Part shown: one piece after another, positions 15,915 through 23,879 of the stretch
Position numbering within the stretch: position 1 is the stretch's first letter
Layout: each line of letters starts with the position of its first letter
NCBI GenBank assembly: GCA_003671065.1
Contig: QWPU01000001.1
Location: 1-31,416 of the forward strand
From: Planctomycetota bacterium
GTDB taxonomy: Bacteria > Planctomycetota > Phycisphaerae > Phycisphaerales > SM1A02
Reading direction: 5' to 3'
Length of the DNA: 31,416 bases
The notes under the pieces: model-generated
Databases searched by the model: none
The model's input: the letters and a program-made list of their open reading frames with translations, nothing else
Told to the model about the DNA's origin: nothing
Program-made: the position numbers and the translations under genes

Positions 15915-17452
15915 GCGCCACCTCCGCAGCCATCGAGCGCTCGCGTTGGATCAGCAATATCCAGTTCAACAAAGAACCCTGCGACACCAGACGCGCGGCA
16001 TTCCACTTCGCACGCGATGAGTTCGCTGTCTTTCGAAGCGAATTTGTCGGCATCGACATTGAGTGCAGGACGACCAGCATCATCGCGCAAAAGACCAGAG
16101 GACTGCGCAATGATCTTCGCTGCGTGTGTTGTCCACGCCGCAGGATCGATCCACACTCGTCCACCTGTTATTGGAAAACTCACTGCGTTCTTTGCGCCAA
16201 CAAATGCTGGCATACGCGGCGCGCGCGGCTTCCAACACGCGTTCGCTTCTTCGACAAGTTCACCAAAGCGCTTCGCAATCTTCGCAGGAGGATCAGTCTT
16301 CACGAAGCCTTCAATCTTCGCGCGCAGATCTCGCGCTGCTTGATGCAGAATCGCGACGGCGCGTTCTTCACCATTGCCGCCAAGACGAATGACGACAGGG
16401 ATATCAATGTCGAGTTCGTAGAACGCTTTCGCGAGTCCATACGCGCTCCAGAATTGTTCTTGATTTGCAACACCCGATCCTGAGCCGAAGTAGCCGCATA
16501 GTCCAGGCTGCGAGAGAATCACGCGACTCGCGCGATACACCTTTGCGGCTGAAGGATTTCCACTGGTGTCTGTGAAGTTCGCAACAGTGAAGTGCTCGGC
16601 GGTGAGCGCATCCATGCTCATCATCGAACCGCCACCGCCCGCGCCGTGAAAGCCCGCGAGACCACGCGTGCCCGCAGCAGCCGTGTTTGCAAGCTCTGCG
16701 AAGTAGAAGGTGCCGCGATGATCTGCTTGCTCGATGTTGTAGGCGACGCGTTCAAGCGCGGTCGGCGGATGATCGAACTCGCGCGCGATTTCAATGCCGA
16801 GATCAGGATGACGCCACACCGCGTAATCGTCGATGGTGATGCGGCAATCAGCGGCAACCACGCTTCCATCCGCAAGAATCACCAGTGGATTCACCTCGAC
16901 GCTGCTGGCATCGCGCGATTTCGCGAGAGTGAAGATCGCGCAGATCGCTGCCGACACCGACGCGCGCTCCGTTGTTGACAGTCCAAGCGCTGCAATCGCC
17001 GATGCAAGCGCGGCCGCATCAGGTCCACTTGAAACGCGGCACGGAATGCGAGCAACTTCATTCGCGCGTTCTTCGATGCCCGTGCCGCCAGCAGCCGCAA
17101 GCAGAATCACTGGTGCACGCGCGCGATCATCAACACTGAGCGACACAAATAATTCGCGCACAAAGGAAAGCTTTTCTTCGACTAAGACCGCGTCGACTGG
17201 AAAGTTGCCGACGCGCATGCCGATCATGCGATCTGCGGCAACCGCAGCTTGCGCGGGCGTCGTCGCAAACGCCACGCCGCCGATGCCTTTGCGGCCAGTC
17301 ATCCACGCCTGAATCTTCACAACGGTCTCGCAACCGAGTTGCGCCGCGACTTTCTCAGCGGCCTGCGCGCTTGATGCGACAGCGCCGCGTGGAATCTTGA
17401 TGCCTGCTGCAGCAAGCAGCGCTTTACCTTGGTGTTCATGCAGTCGCGCCAT
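15911..17452 (-). CDS. Succinyl-CoA-synthetase beta / ATP-citrate lyase subunit B-like ATP-grasp ligase subunit with a C-terminal extension
   Basis: Motifs RLHEHQGK, VVKIQ..GRKGIGGV, LVEE, ELFVS, EVNPL, ADCRITIDDYA, GAGGGGS, NFTDTSGNP and RLGGN. Start at ATG 17452. The stop overlaps the alpha-subunit start (ATGA). Confidence 0.88.
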   Translation of the reverse strand: MARLHEHQGKALLAAAGIKIPRGAVASSAQAAEKVAAQLGCETVVKIQAWMTGRKGIGGVAFATTPAQAAVAADRMIGMRVGNFPVDAVLVEEKLSFVRELFVSLSVDDRARAPVILLAAAGGTGIEERANEVARIPCRVSSGPDAAALASAIAALGLSTTERASVSAAICAIFTLAKSRDASSVEVNPLVILADGSVVAADCRITIDDYAVWRHPDLGIEIAREFDHPPTALERVAYNIEQADHRGTFYFAELANTAAAGTRGLAGFHGAGGGGSMMSMDALTAEHFTVANFTDTSGNPSAAKVYRASRVILSQPGLCGYFGSGSGVANQEQFWSAYGLAKAFYELDIDIPVVIRLGGNGEERAVAILHQAARDLRAKIEGFVKTDPPAKIAKRFGELVEEANACWKPRAPRMPAFVGAKNAVSFPITGGRVWIDPAAWTTHAAKIIAQSSGLLRDDAGRPALNVDADKFASKDSELIACEVECRASGVAGFFVELDIADPTRALDGCGGGA

Positions 17453-17528
17453 TTGTGGGGCGCAGTGTAGAGAAGCTTCCATGATTGCGTGACGATTTCG
17501 CAGCGCTTCACCTGTTAGAGTTCATCTC

Positions 17529-18599
17529 GTGACGCAGCAGAATCAGTCGCGATATCACCGCCAAGAGCTACTCGCGGGCATTGGACCTGACGGCCAGGCG
17601 AGGTTGCGAGCGTCTCACGCATTAGTTGTTGGATGCGGCGCGCTCGGTTGCGCGGTCGTCGACATTCTTGCGCGCGCGGGCATCGGACGACTCACGATTG
17701 TGGATCGCGACATTGTTGAACGAACCAACTTGCAGCGGCAAACGCTGTATTCCGAACGCGATGCGGCCAATGGAACACCCAAGGCAATCGCGGCACAGCG
17801 TCGCGTCGCAGAGATCAATCCCGAGGTCATCTGCCGCGGCGAAGTTGATCATGTCGGACCTGAAAGCGTGCTGTCTTACGCGCGTGACACCGATGTGATT
17901 CTCGATGGTCTCGACAACTTGCACACGCGCTTCCTACTCAATGATGTCGCGGTTTCACTGGGAAAACCCTACTTCTACGGCGGTGTTGTCGCCACGCGCG
18001 GCATGTCGATGCCAGTGTTGCGCGATGAGGCCTGTCTGCGCTGCTTGTTTCCCGACAGCTCGATGCAAACGGGCGAAACTTGCGACACGGTGGGCGTGTT
18101 GATGAGTGCGGTGCTAGCAGTCAGCGCGCATCAAGCGACGCAAGCGATCAAGTGGATTGTCGGCGCGCACGCCGCGATTGATCGTTCGCTCTGGTCGATG
18201 GATGCGTGGACGAATCGCACGACGCGAGTTTCGTTGACCAATGCGCGTGATGCGAATTGTCCCTGCTGCGCTGCGCGAAACTTTGAGTTTCTTGCGGGAA
18301 TGCACGACGATCAGGCCGCGATATTGTGTGGCCGCAACGCTGTGCAGATTGCGCCGCGTCGCACGGGGACGAACGCGACGATGGCGCTTGATCTTCGACG
18401 CGCCGCCGTGACACTCCGCGCGCATGGAACATTCATCGAACGCGACGGACTGCTTGTCGGCACATTCACAAGCGTGCGCACCAACGACGATAGCGCGGTC
18501 GAACTCACACTCTTTCCCGATGGACGCGCGATCGTGAAGGGCACGACGGATGAAGTGTTCGCTCGCAGCGTCTATGACCGCTTTGTGAGCGGACTTTAG
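17529..18599 (+). CDS. moeB: ThiF/MoeB family adenylyltransferase (molybdopterin synthase sulfur-carrier activating enzyme)
   Basis: RYHRQ, nucleotide-binding VVGCGALG, DRDIVERTNLQRQ, DGLDN, and Zn sites CLRC and CPCC. No rhodanese domain. Located in the Moco cluster. Confidence 0.85.
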   Translation: MTQQNQSRYHRQELLAGIGPDGQARLRASHALVVGCGALGCAVVDILARAGIGRLTIVDRDIVERTNLQRQTLYSERDAANGTPKAIAAQRRVAEINPEVICRGEVDHVGPESVLSYARDTDVILDGLDNLHTRFLLNDVAVSLGKPYFYGGVVATRGMSMPVLRDEACLRCLFPDSSMQTGETCDTVGVLMSAVLAVSAHQATQAIKWIVGAHAAIDRSLWSMDAWTNRTTRVSLTNARDANCPCCAARNFEFLAGMHDDQAAILCGRNAVQIAPRRTGTNATMALDLRRAAVTLRAHGTFIERDGLLVGTFTSVRTNDDSAVELTLFPDGRAIVKGTTDEVFARSVYDRFVSGL

Positions 18600-18635
18600 A
18601 ACAGCGCGTTTGCAGCCAAAATAGGCTTCATTTCG

Positions 18636-19382
18636 ATGGACCCCTCGCACCTTCCCATCCTCGTGCCGCTCTTTCTGATTGTGGGCGTGCTCTATGCGAG
18701 CGTCGGTCACGCGGGCGCATCGGGCTACCTCGCAGTAATGGCGCTTGTCGGCGTTGAAGCCACACTCATGCGGCCGACGGCGCTTGCAATCAACATCCTT
18801 GTCGCCAGCATTGCGCTCGCGCAGTTTGCACGCGCGGGATTTTTCTCGTGGCGATTGCTCTGGCCATTTGCAGCGCTCTCGATACCAGCCGCGTACTTCG
18901 GCGCCATGATCAAAGTAGGACCAGGAACACTTCGCGTCAGTATCGGAATCGTGCTACTCGCAAGCGCGCTGCGGATGGTGTGGGTCGCGTGGCGACCAGC
19001 GAGCGAAGTGATCACACCTCAAGCGCCCGCGATCGGCGTCGGGCTTGCGTGCGGAGCGATGATTGGTTTCGTCGCTGGATTGACGGGCACAGGTGGCGGC
19101 ATTTTTCTGAGCCCGCTGCTTCTTATCTTCAATTGGGCAGATACCAAACGAACCGCCGCGATTGCGCCGGCATTCATTCTCGTCAACTCGATCGCCGCGC
19201 TCACCGCGCTTTCGCAAGAAGGTTGGCAGCCAACTCCTGCGATCGGCGTGCTCGCGCTTGCCGCGTGCGTGGGCGGATTCATCGGCGCGCACTTCGGAAG
19301 TCGCCGCCTTGGACATCGTGGATTGCGCGTTGTTCTCGCCCTCGTGCTTGCGCTTGCAAGTGCGAAGCTCATCCTCAGTTAA
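18636..19382 (+). CDS. TauE/SafE (TSUP, DUF81) family membrane permease
   Basis: About 8 hydrophobic segments with the repeated motifs VGHAGASGY and GLTGTGGGIFLSP. Confidence 0.87.
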   Translation: MDPSHLPILVPLFLIVGVLYASVGHAGASGYLAVMALVGVEATLMRPTALAINILVASIALAQFARAGFFSWRLLWPFAALSIPAAYFGAMIKVGPGTLRVSIGIVLLASALRMVWVAWRPASEVITPQAPAIGVGLACGAMIGFVAGLTGTGGGIFLSPLLLIFNWADTKRTAAIAPAFILVNSIAALTALSQEGWQPTPAIGVLALAACVGGFIGAHFGSRRLGHRGLRVVLALVLALASAKLILS

Positions 19383-19437
19383 CCTGATTTGCCCTGTGAT
19401 AATCGCTATTACGGATATGATAGTCTAGATATACTCG

Positions 19438-20535
19438 ATGCGAACTTCGATCTGTACAACTCCCCTGCCGCTGAAGCTGTTTGGATCGACTTCGGTCGCT
19501 TCCACAGTCGTGCCTGATGCAGCCGCGCCGCATCCGACCACGGGCGCGTTGATCGATCGATTCGGACGCGTCGTGCGTGACTTGCGACTTTCGATCACTG
19601 ATCGTTGCAACTTTCGATGCACCTACTGTCTGACACCTGACGCGCGATTCCTAGCGACCTCTGATCGCTTGAGCACTGCGGAACTCATTCGCGTTGGGCG
19701 CGTGTTCGCACGACTCGGCATCGAACGACTGCGCGTCACGGGTGGTGAACCGAGTGTGCATCCTGATCTGATTGAGATTCTTTCGGCGCTTTCACCGCTG
19801 TTTCACGATGTATCGATGACGACGAATGGATCGCTTCTCGACGACGACAGCGCTCGCGCGTGGAAAGCTGCGGGGTTGCGACGCGTCACCATCAGCATCG
19901 ACTCACTGGATCCTGCGCGCTTTCAAGCAGTCACTCGTTCGAATGTCACAAGTGAGCGCGTGCTTGCGGGTTTGCGTGCGGCGATCAATGCTGGACTCGG
20001 ACCCGTGAAGGTCAACTCAGTGCTACTTGCAGGCGTGAATGACGCAGACGCTCCTGCGCTTGCTGCACTCGCGCGTGAGCTCGCGCTTGAAGTGCGCTTC
20101 ATTGAGTTCATGCCGCTTGATGCGGATGGCATTTGGAGTCACGACACGGTTGTCTCCAGCGAACGCACGATTTTGGGCATTTCCAAGGTGTTTCCGCTGG
20201 TGCTTGAGGGACGGGATCGACCTGATCGCACCGCGGTGCGCTATCGATTCGTCGACGGTGCCGAGGGAAGCGTCAGCACAATTGCGCCAGTTTCAACGCC
20301 GTTCTGCGCGGAGTGCAGTCGTGTACGCGTCACGGCTGACGGCTTCATTCGGCCCTGCTTGCTCACCAACGCTGAGTGGCCGTTGCGAGAACTCTTGCGC
20401 GATGGATCGAGTGATGATGCGATTGAATGTGCGATTCGCCACGCGGTGTGGAACAAGGACGCGGGTGGCGCACTGCGATTGAGCGCTGCGAGAAGTGGCG
20501 CGCGCGGACGAACGATGTCCGCGATCGGAGGCTAA
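19438..20535 (+). CDS. moaA: GTP 3',8-cyclase (radical SAM)
   Basis: DRFGR..DLRLSITDRCNFRCTYC, RVTGGEP, RFIEFMP, the C-terminal cluster motif FCAECSRVRVTADG...CL, and terminal MSAIGG. Confidence 0.95.
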   Translation: MRTSICTTPLPLKLFGSTSVASTVVPDAAAPHPTTGALIDRFGRVVRDLRLSITDRCNFRCTYCLTPDARFLATSDRLSTAELIRVGRVFARLGIERLRVTGGEPSVHPDLIEILSALSPLFHDVSMTTNGSLLDDDSARAWKAAGLRRVTISIDSLDPARFQAVTRSNVTSERVLAGLRAAINAGLGPVKVNSVLLAGVNDADAPALAALARELALEVRFIEFMPLDADGIWSHDTVVSSERTILGISKVFPLVLEGRDRPDRTAVRYRFVDGAEGSVSTIAPVSTPFCAECSRVRVTADGFIRPCLLTNAEWPLRELLRDGSSDDAIECAIRHAVWNKDAGGALRLSAARSGARGRTMSAIGG

Positions 20536-20987
20536 CGCTCGTGACTTGCGCGCTCATCAACATCGTTGTGAAACACAGGTCGCTTCCACAACGGCACATC
20601 GATCTTCATTCGATCGATGAACTCGCCCATCGCCAACAGTGCCTCGACGCGATGCGCGGAATCGATGGTCAAGCGGAAACTGCACTCGCCGACAGCGACG
20701 CGACCAACGCTGTGTTCAACCGCAACACGCACCAGCCCGTGCTTGATGCAAACTTCACGCGCGAGTTGTTCAAGCAAACGATCTGCCATCGGACGATACG
20801 CCTCGTAGTTGAGCGCAGCGATGACTCGCTCACCTTCTTGCGCGCGAACGATTCCTTCGAACTTCAGCGCCGCGCCCACAGTGCACGCTCCATCGCCAAG
20901 CAGCGGCAGAGCCGCGCAGCTCACTCCAAGTGGACCGTCGATGAGCGTGATAGTGATGATTGGTGTGTCATTCGCCACGGTGTTCAT
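20532..20987 (-). CDS. moaE: Molybdopterin synthase catalytic subunit
   Basis: GA..FEGIVR, LNYEAY..MA, HSVGRVAVGE, HRVEA and IDRMKIDVPLWK. The ATG at 20987 overlaps the moaD stop (ATGA). Confidence 0.93.
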   Translation of the reverse strand: MNTVANDTPIITITLIDGPLGVSCAALPLLGDGACTVGAALKFEGIVRAQEGERVIAALNYEAYRPMADRLLEQLAREVCIKHGLVRVAVEHSVGRVAVGECSFRLTIDSAHRVEALLAMGEFIDRMKIDVPLWKRPVFHNDVDERASHER

Positions 20988-21229
20988 CCGCCAGAAACAA
21001 GCCCAATCAAAGCACATTCGTCGTTCTCAAGCACGCGTCGATCGCGTTGTGCAAACTCGCCGTTGACCGCAAGTCGCGCAGCGCGCACTGCATTCGCAAT
21101 GGAGGGACACTGCGAGGCCAATGCCCCCAGCACATCGGCAGCAGATGCGCCGTGTGCAACCTCAACGACTACGCTCGACGCTCCAACGGCGTCGCGCTCG
21201 GGACCAAACAAGAGCACTTTGACTTTCAT
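20984..21229 (-). CDS. moaD: Molybdopterin synthase sulfur carrier subunit (81 aa)
   Basis: MKVKVLLFG..., AVNGEF and the C-terminal VSGG. Start moved from ORF-track 21406 to ATG 21229. Confidence 0.92.
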   Translation of the reverse strand: MKVKVLLFGPERDAVGASSVVVEVAHGASAADVLGALASQCPSIANAVRAARLAVNGEFAQRDRRVLENDECALIGLVSGG

Positions 21230-21249
21230 GTGAAGCAAGGAATATAGCA

Positions 21250-21639
21250 ATGGCGACACGCGCACAAACAACACGAACTTCAAAGCCAGGCAAAGCGAAG
21301 GTATCGCCGAAGACTCCAGGCTCTTATCAACGATTTGGGATCGAGCAGCCGACGATCCTCGCTCACTACGAAGCGCTGGGACTTGCGTGCGCACAAGCTG
21401 GGCCACTCGATACGCGCACCATCGCGCTGTGCAAACTCGCGCTTTCTTTCGGCGCGGGGCTCGAAGGCGCCGCGCACTCGCACTGTCGCAAGGCGCTCGA
21501 AGCTGGTTGCACTGCGGATGAACTCATGCATGTTGCAATTCTCGGCGCGCCGACGATTGGCTTTCCATCGATGATGCGCAATCGCGGATGGGTGGAAGAT
21601 GTTGTGAAGGCTCGCGCCTCGAGGTCGACGAAGAAATGA
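21250..21639 (+). CDS. Carboxymuconolactone decarboxylase/AhpD-like family protein
   Basis: GPLDTRTIALCKLALS...HSHCRKALEAG.T..EL.HV..L..PTIGFP pattern of short CMD proteins. No CxxC. The stop overlaps the moeA start (ATGA). Confidence 0.75.
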   Translation: MATRAQTTRTSKPGKAKVSPKTPGSYQRFGIEQPTILAHYEALGLACAQAGPLDTRTIALCKLALSFGAGLEGAAHSHCRKALEAGCTADELMHVAILGAPTIGFPSMMRNRGWVEDVVKARASRSTKK

Positions 21640-22841
21640 CGCTCAGTGCGATCAGCACCATGACACCTGACGACGCGCTTGCTGCGCTGTTGAAAGGTGT
21701 GCGTTGTGTTGAGTGCGAGAGCATCGCGTTGACGCACGCGACTGGTCGAGTGCTCGCACAATCAGTGATGACTGATCGACCGAGTCCTGCGATGGATGTG
21801 AGCGCAATGGACGGTTTTGCACTGCGATTTGCTGATGTTTCGCGTGATGCGCTTGCGATCAGCGACGAGATCAGCGCGGGCGAACCTGCGCAACCGCTGC
21901 AAAGCGATTCGTGCGCGCGTATCGCAACAGGCGCGCCGATTCCGCTTGGCGCAGAGTTGGTTGTGCCGCGCGAACATGTTGATGAAGCAGGCGACAGCAT
22001 CACCGTGCACGCGATTCGCGCGAGTGCTGCGCGAATGGGCGCGCACATTCGTCGGCGTGGTGAGAACGCGGCTGAAGGTGCGTGCGTGCTCGAACGCGGC
22101 GTCGCGATTCACGCGCCCGCCGCAGCAGCGCTTGCTGCGTTTGGCGTTGTGAGTCCGCGCGTCACTCGAAAGGTTCGCATCGCGCTGCTTGTGACTGGCG
22201 ATGAAGTGCGCACGAACGATGATGAACTAGCGCCGTGGTGCGTGCGCGATAGCAACGGCCCTTCAGTCACTGCGCTCTTCGCGCGCCACGCGTGGGCAGC
22301 ACCCATCGTGCCCGAGCATGTCGTTGATAGCGCTGCGGCATTGCGTGATGCGTTGACGCGTGCGATTGAACTACATGATCTCGTGCTCGTCACTGGTGGC
22401 GTCGCTGTAGGCCACCGCGATTTCGTCGCGACGGTCCTCGATGAACTTGGCGCGCAGACGCACTTTCATGGCGTTGCGCAACGACCCGGTCGACCGCTGC
22501 TTGCCGCAACATTGCGCGAGCGTCGCATCCTCTGCCTTCCAGGAAATCCTGTGAGCGTGATGACTACTGCGCGTCGCTATGCACTACCACTCGCGCGCGT
22601 TGTAGCTGGTTTTTCTGCAGCAGAACCGATGTCACACCCAGTCTCGCTCGTCGAGGCGCTGCGTGATTGCGTTCCTCTCACTCGCTTCGTTCCAGTGCAC
22701 ATATCTGCGCACGGCAATGCCCGCGCCCTCATCACGCGCGGCAGCGGTGACAGCGCCGCAGTTGCATCGAGCGACGGTTTCGTTGAGATTCCCGCTTCTG
22801 CGAGCGGCGTTGGACCGTGGCGATTTTTCGAATGGAGTTGA
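21636..22841 (+). CDS. moeA: Molybdopterin molybdotransferase
   Basis: GRVLA, SAMDGFA, IATGAPIP, TGDE, DSN, TGGVAVG..DF, QRPGRP and LPGNPVS. Start at ATG 21636. Confidence 0.93.
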   Translation: MTLSAISTMTPDDALAALLKGVRCVECESIALTHATGRVLAQSVMTDRPSPAMDVSAMDGFALRFADVSRDALAISDEISAGEPAQPLQSDSCARIATGAPIPLGAELVVPREHVDEAGDSITVHAIRASAARMGAHIRRRGENAAEGACVLERGVAIHAPAAAALAAFGVVSPRVTRKVRIALLVTGDEVRTNDDELAPWCVRDSNGPSVTALFARHAWAAPIVPEHVVDSAAALRDALTRAIELHDLVLVTGGVAVGHRDFVATVLDELGAQTHFHGVAQRPGRPLLAATLRERRILCLPGNPVSVMTTARRYALPLARVVAGFSAAEPMSHPVSLVEALRDCVPLTRFVPVHISAHGNARALITRGSGDSAAVASSDGFVEIPASASGVGPWRFFEWS

Positions 22842-22845
22842 ACTC

Positions 22846-23349
22846 ATGACACGCGACACACCTCATCTCACTCATGTTGATTCCGACGGACATGTGCGCA
22901 TGGTCGATGTCACTGCGAAAACTCCCACAGCTCGCATGGCTCGCGCCGAAGCAATCGTGCGTATCTCACCTGAACTTGCGAGTCGCATTCGCGCAGGAAC
23001 GCTTGCGAAGGGTCCCGTGGAGGAAGTCATCCGAATTGCTGCGATTTGCGCGGCAAAACGCACCGACGAACTCATTCCACTCTGCCACACGCTGCCGCTT
23101 GATGGCGTGGATGTGTGCACCACTGTCGCAGATGATCATGTTCGCATCGAAGTGCGTGTCTGCACCTTCGCACGAACAGGCGTCGAGATGGAAGCGTTAG
23201 TCGCCGCTTCAATTGGCGCGCTTGCACTCATCGATATGGGAAAGGCGGTTGACCGCTGGATGGTGATCGAGCGGGTGCGCATGCTTGAAAAACGCGGCGG
23301 TCGCAGCGGCACTCATCTTGCAGCTGATGCGAAAGAGTTCGCGCAGTGA
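22846..23349 (+). CDS. moaC: Cyclic pyranopterin monophosphate synthase
   Basis: LTHVD..G..RMVDV, AKG.V, AAKRTDELIPLCH, TGVEMEAL, DMGKAVD and EKRGGRSG. Start at ATG 22846. Confidence 0.95.
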   Translation: MTRDTPHLTHVDSDGHVRMVDVTAKTPTARMARAEAIVRISPELASRIRAGTLAKGPVEEVIRIAAICAAKRTDELIPLCHTLPLDGVDVCTTVADDHVRIEVRVCTFARTGVEMEALVAASIGALALIDMGKAVDRWMVIERVRMLEKRGGRSGTHLAADAKEFAQ

Positions 23350-23879
23350 CCTCAAGCGCACAGCCGAATGATTGCATTCGCGCCGTCGTGCTCACCTCGA
23401 GTGATCGCTGCGCGCAAGGCCTCATGATCGATCTTGGCGGCCCTGCCGTCGCCGCATTCGTGCGCGATCGCCTTGCTGGCGAAGTGGTCGTAAGCGAAAT
23501 CGTCCCCGATGACATAGATCGCATCGAAGCGTTTCTCCGAGCGTGGACTGCACCGCACTCGCGTATCGATCTCGCGATTATCACAGGCGGAACAGGCCTT
23601 TCTCCGCGCGATTGCTCACCTGAAGCCGCACTGCGCGTGATCGAACGGCCACATCCAGGCTTGATGGAACTGGCGCGTGCGCGTTGCGGCGTAAAGCATC
23701 CACGCGCGTATCTCTCGCGAGGCGTCGCTGGTTGCGCGGGCGCCACGCTCATCCTCACGCTTCCTGGTTCACCAACTGGAGCGGTTGAAGTGCTCGAAGC
23801 GTTGCACGATATTCTTCCGCATGCAGTGCGCATGTTGCGTGGTGTAAGTTCCACGCACGCCCACTCGGATACGCCATGA
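23346..23879 (+). CDS. mogA: MogA/MoaB family molybdopterin adenylyltransferase
   Basis: LTSSD, D..G, VPDD, TGGTGLSPRD.SPEA, LSRGVAG and TLPGSP. GTGA overlap with moaC. Confidence 0.88.
   Translation: MTSSAQPNDCIRAVVLTSSDRCAQGLMIDLGGPAVAAFVRDRLAGEVVVSEIVPDDIDRIEAFLRAWTAPHSRIDLAIITGGTGLSPRDCSPEAALRVIERPHPGLMELARARCGVKHPRAYLSRGVAGCAGATLILTLPGSPTGAVEVLEALHDILPHAVRMLRGVSSTHAHSDTP

Noticed and set aside
8807-17452. Canonical 2-methylcitrate cycle
   Set aside because: No PrpB lyase, PrpC synthase or PrpF in the window. 2-methylisocitrate has a tertiary alcohol and cannot be oxidised by the co-encoded dehydrogenase.
14214-17452. Ordinary sucCD, or a marker of autotrophic reverse-TCA carbon fixation
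   Set aside because: The SCS succinate loop (NIFGGIVRCD) is absent and a lyase domain is fused, so it is not sucCD. No ferredoxin oxidoreductases or fumarate reductase are nearby and the ACL ANFT loop is altered, so autotrophy is unsupported.
19383-19437. AT-rich region before moaA with ATCGCTATTA...TATACTCGAT resembling a ModE box, or a Moco riboswitch
   Set aside because: Half-site spacing (about 17 bp) is far longer than the 6-7 bp of ModE boxes, and 55 bp is too short for a Moco riboswitch. It is probably just a promoter region.
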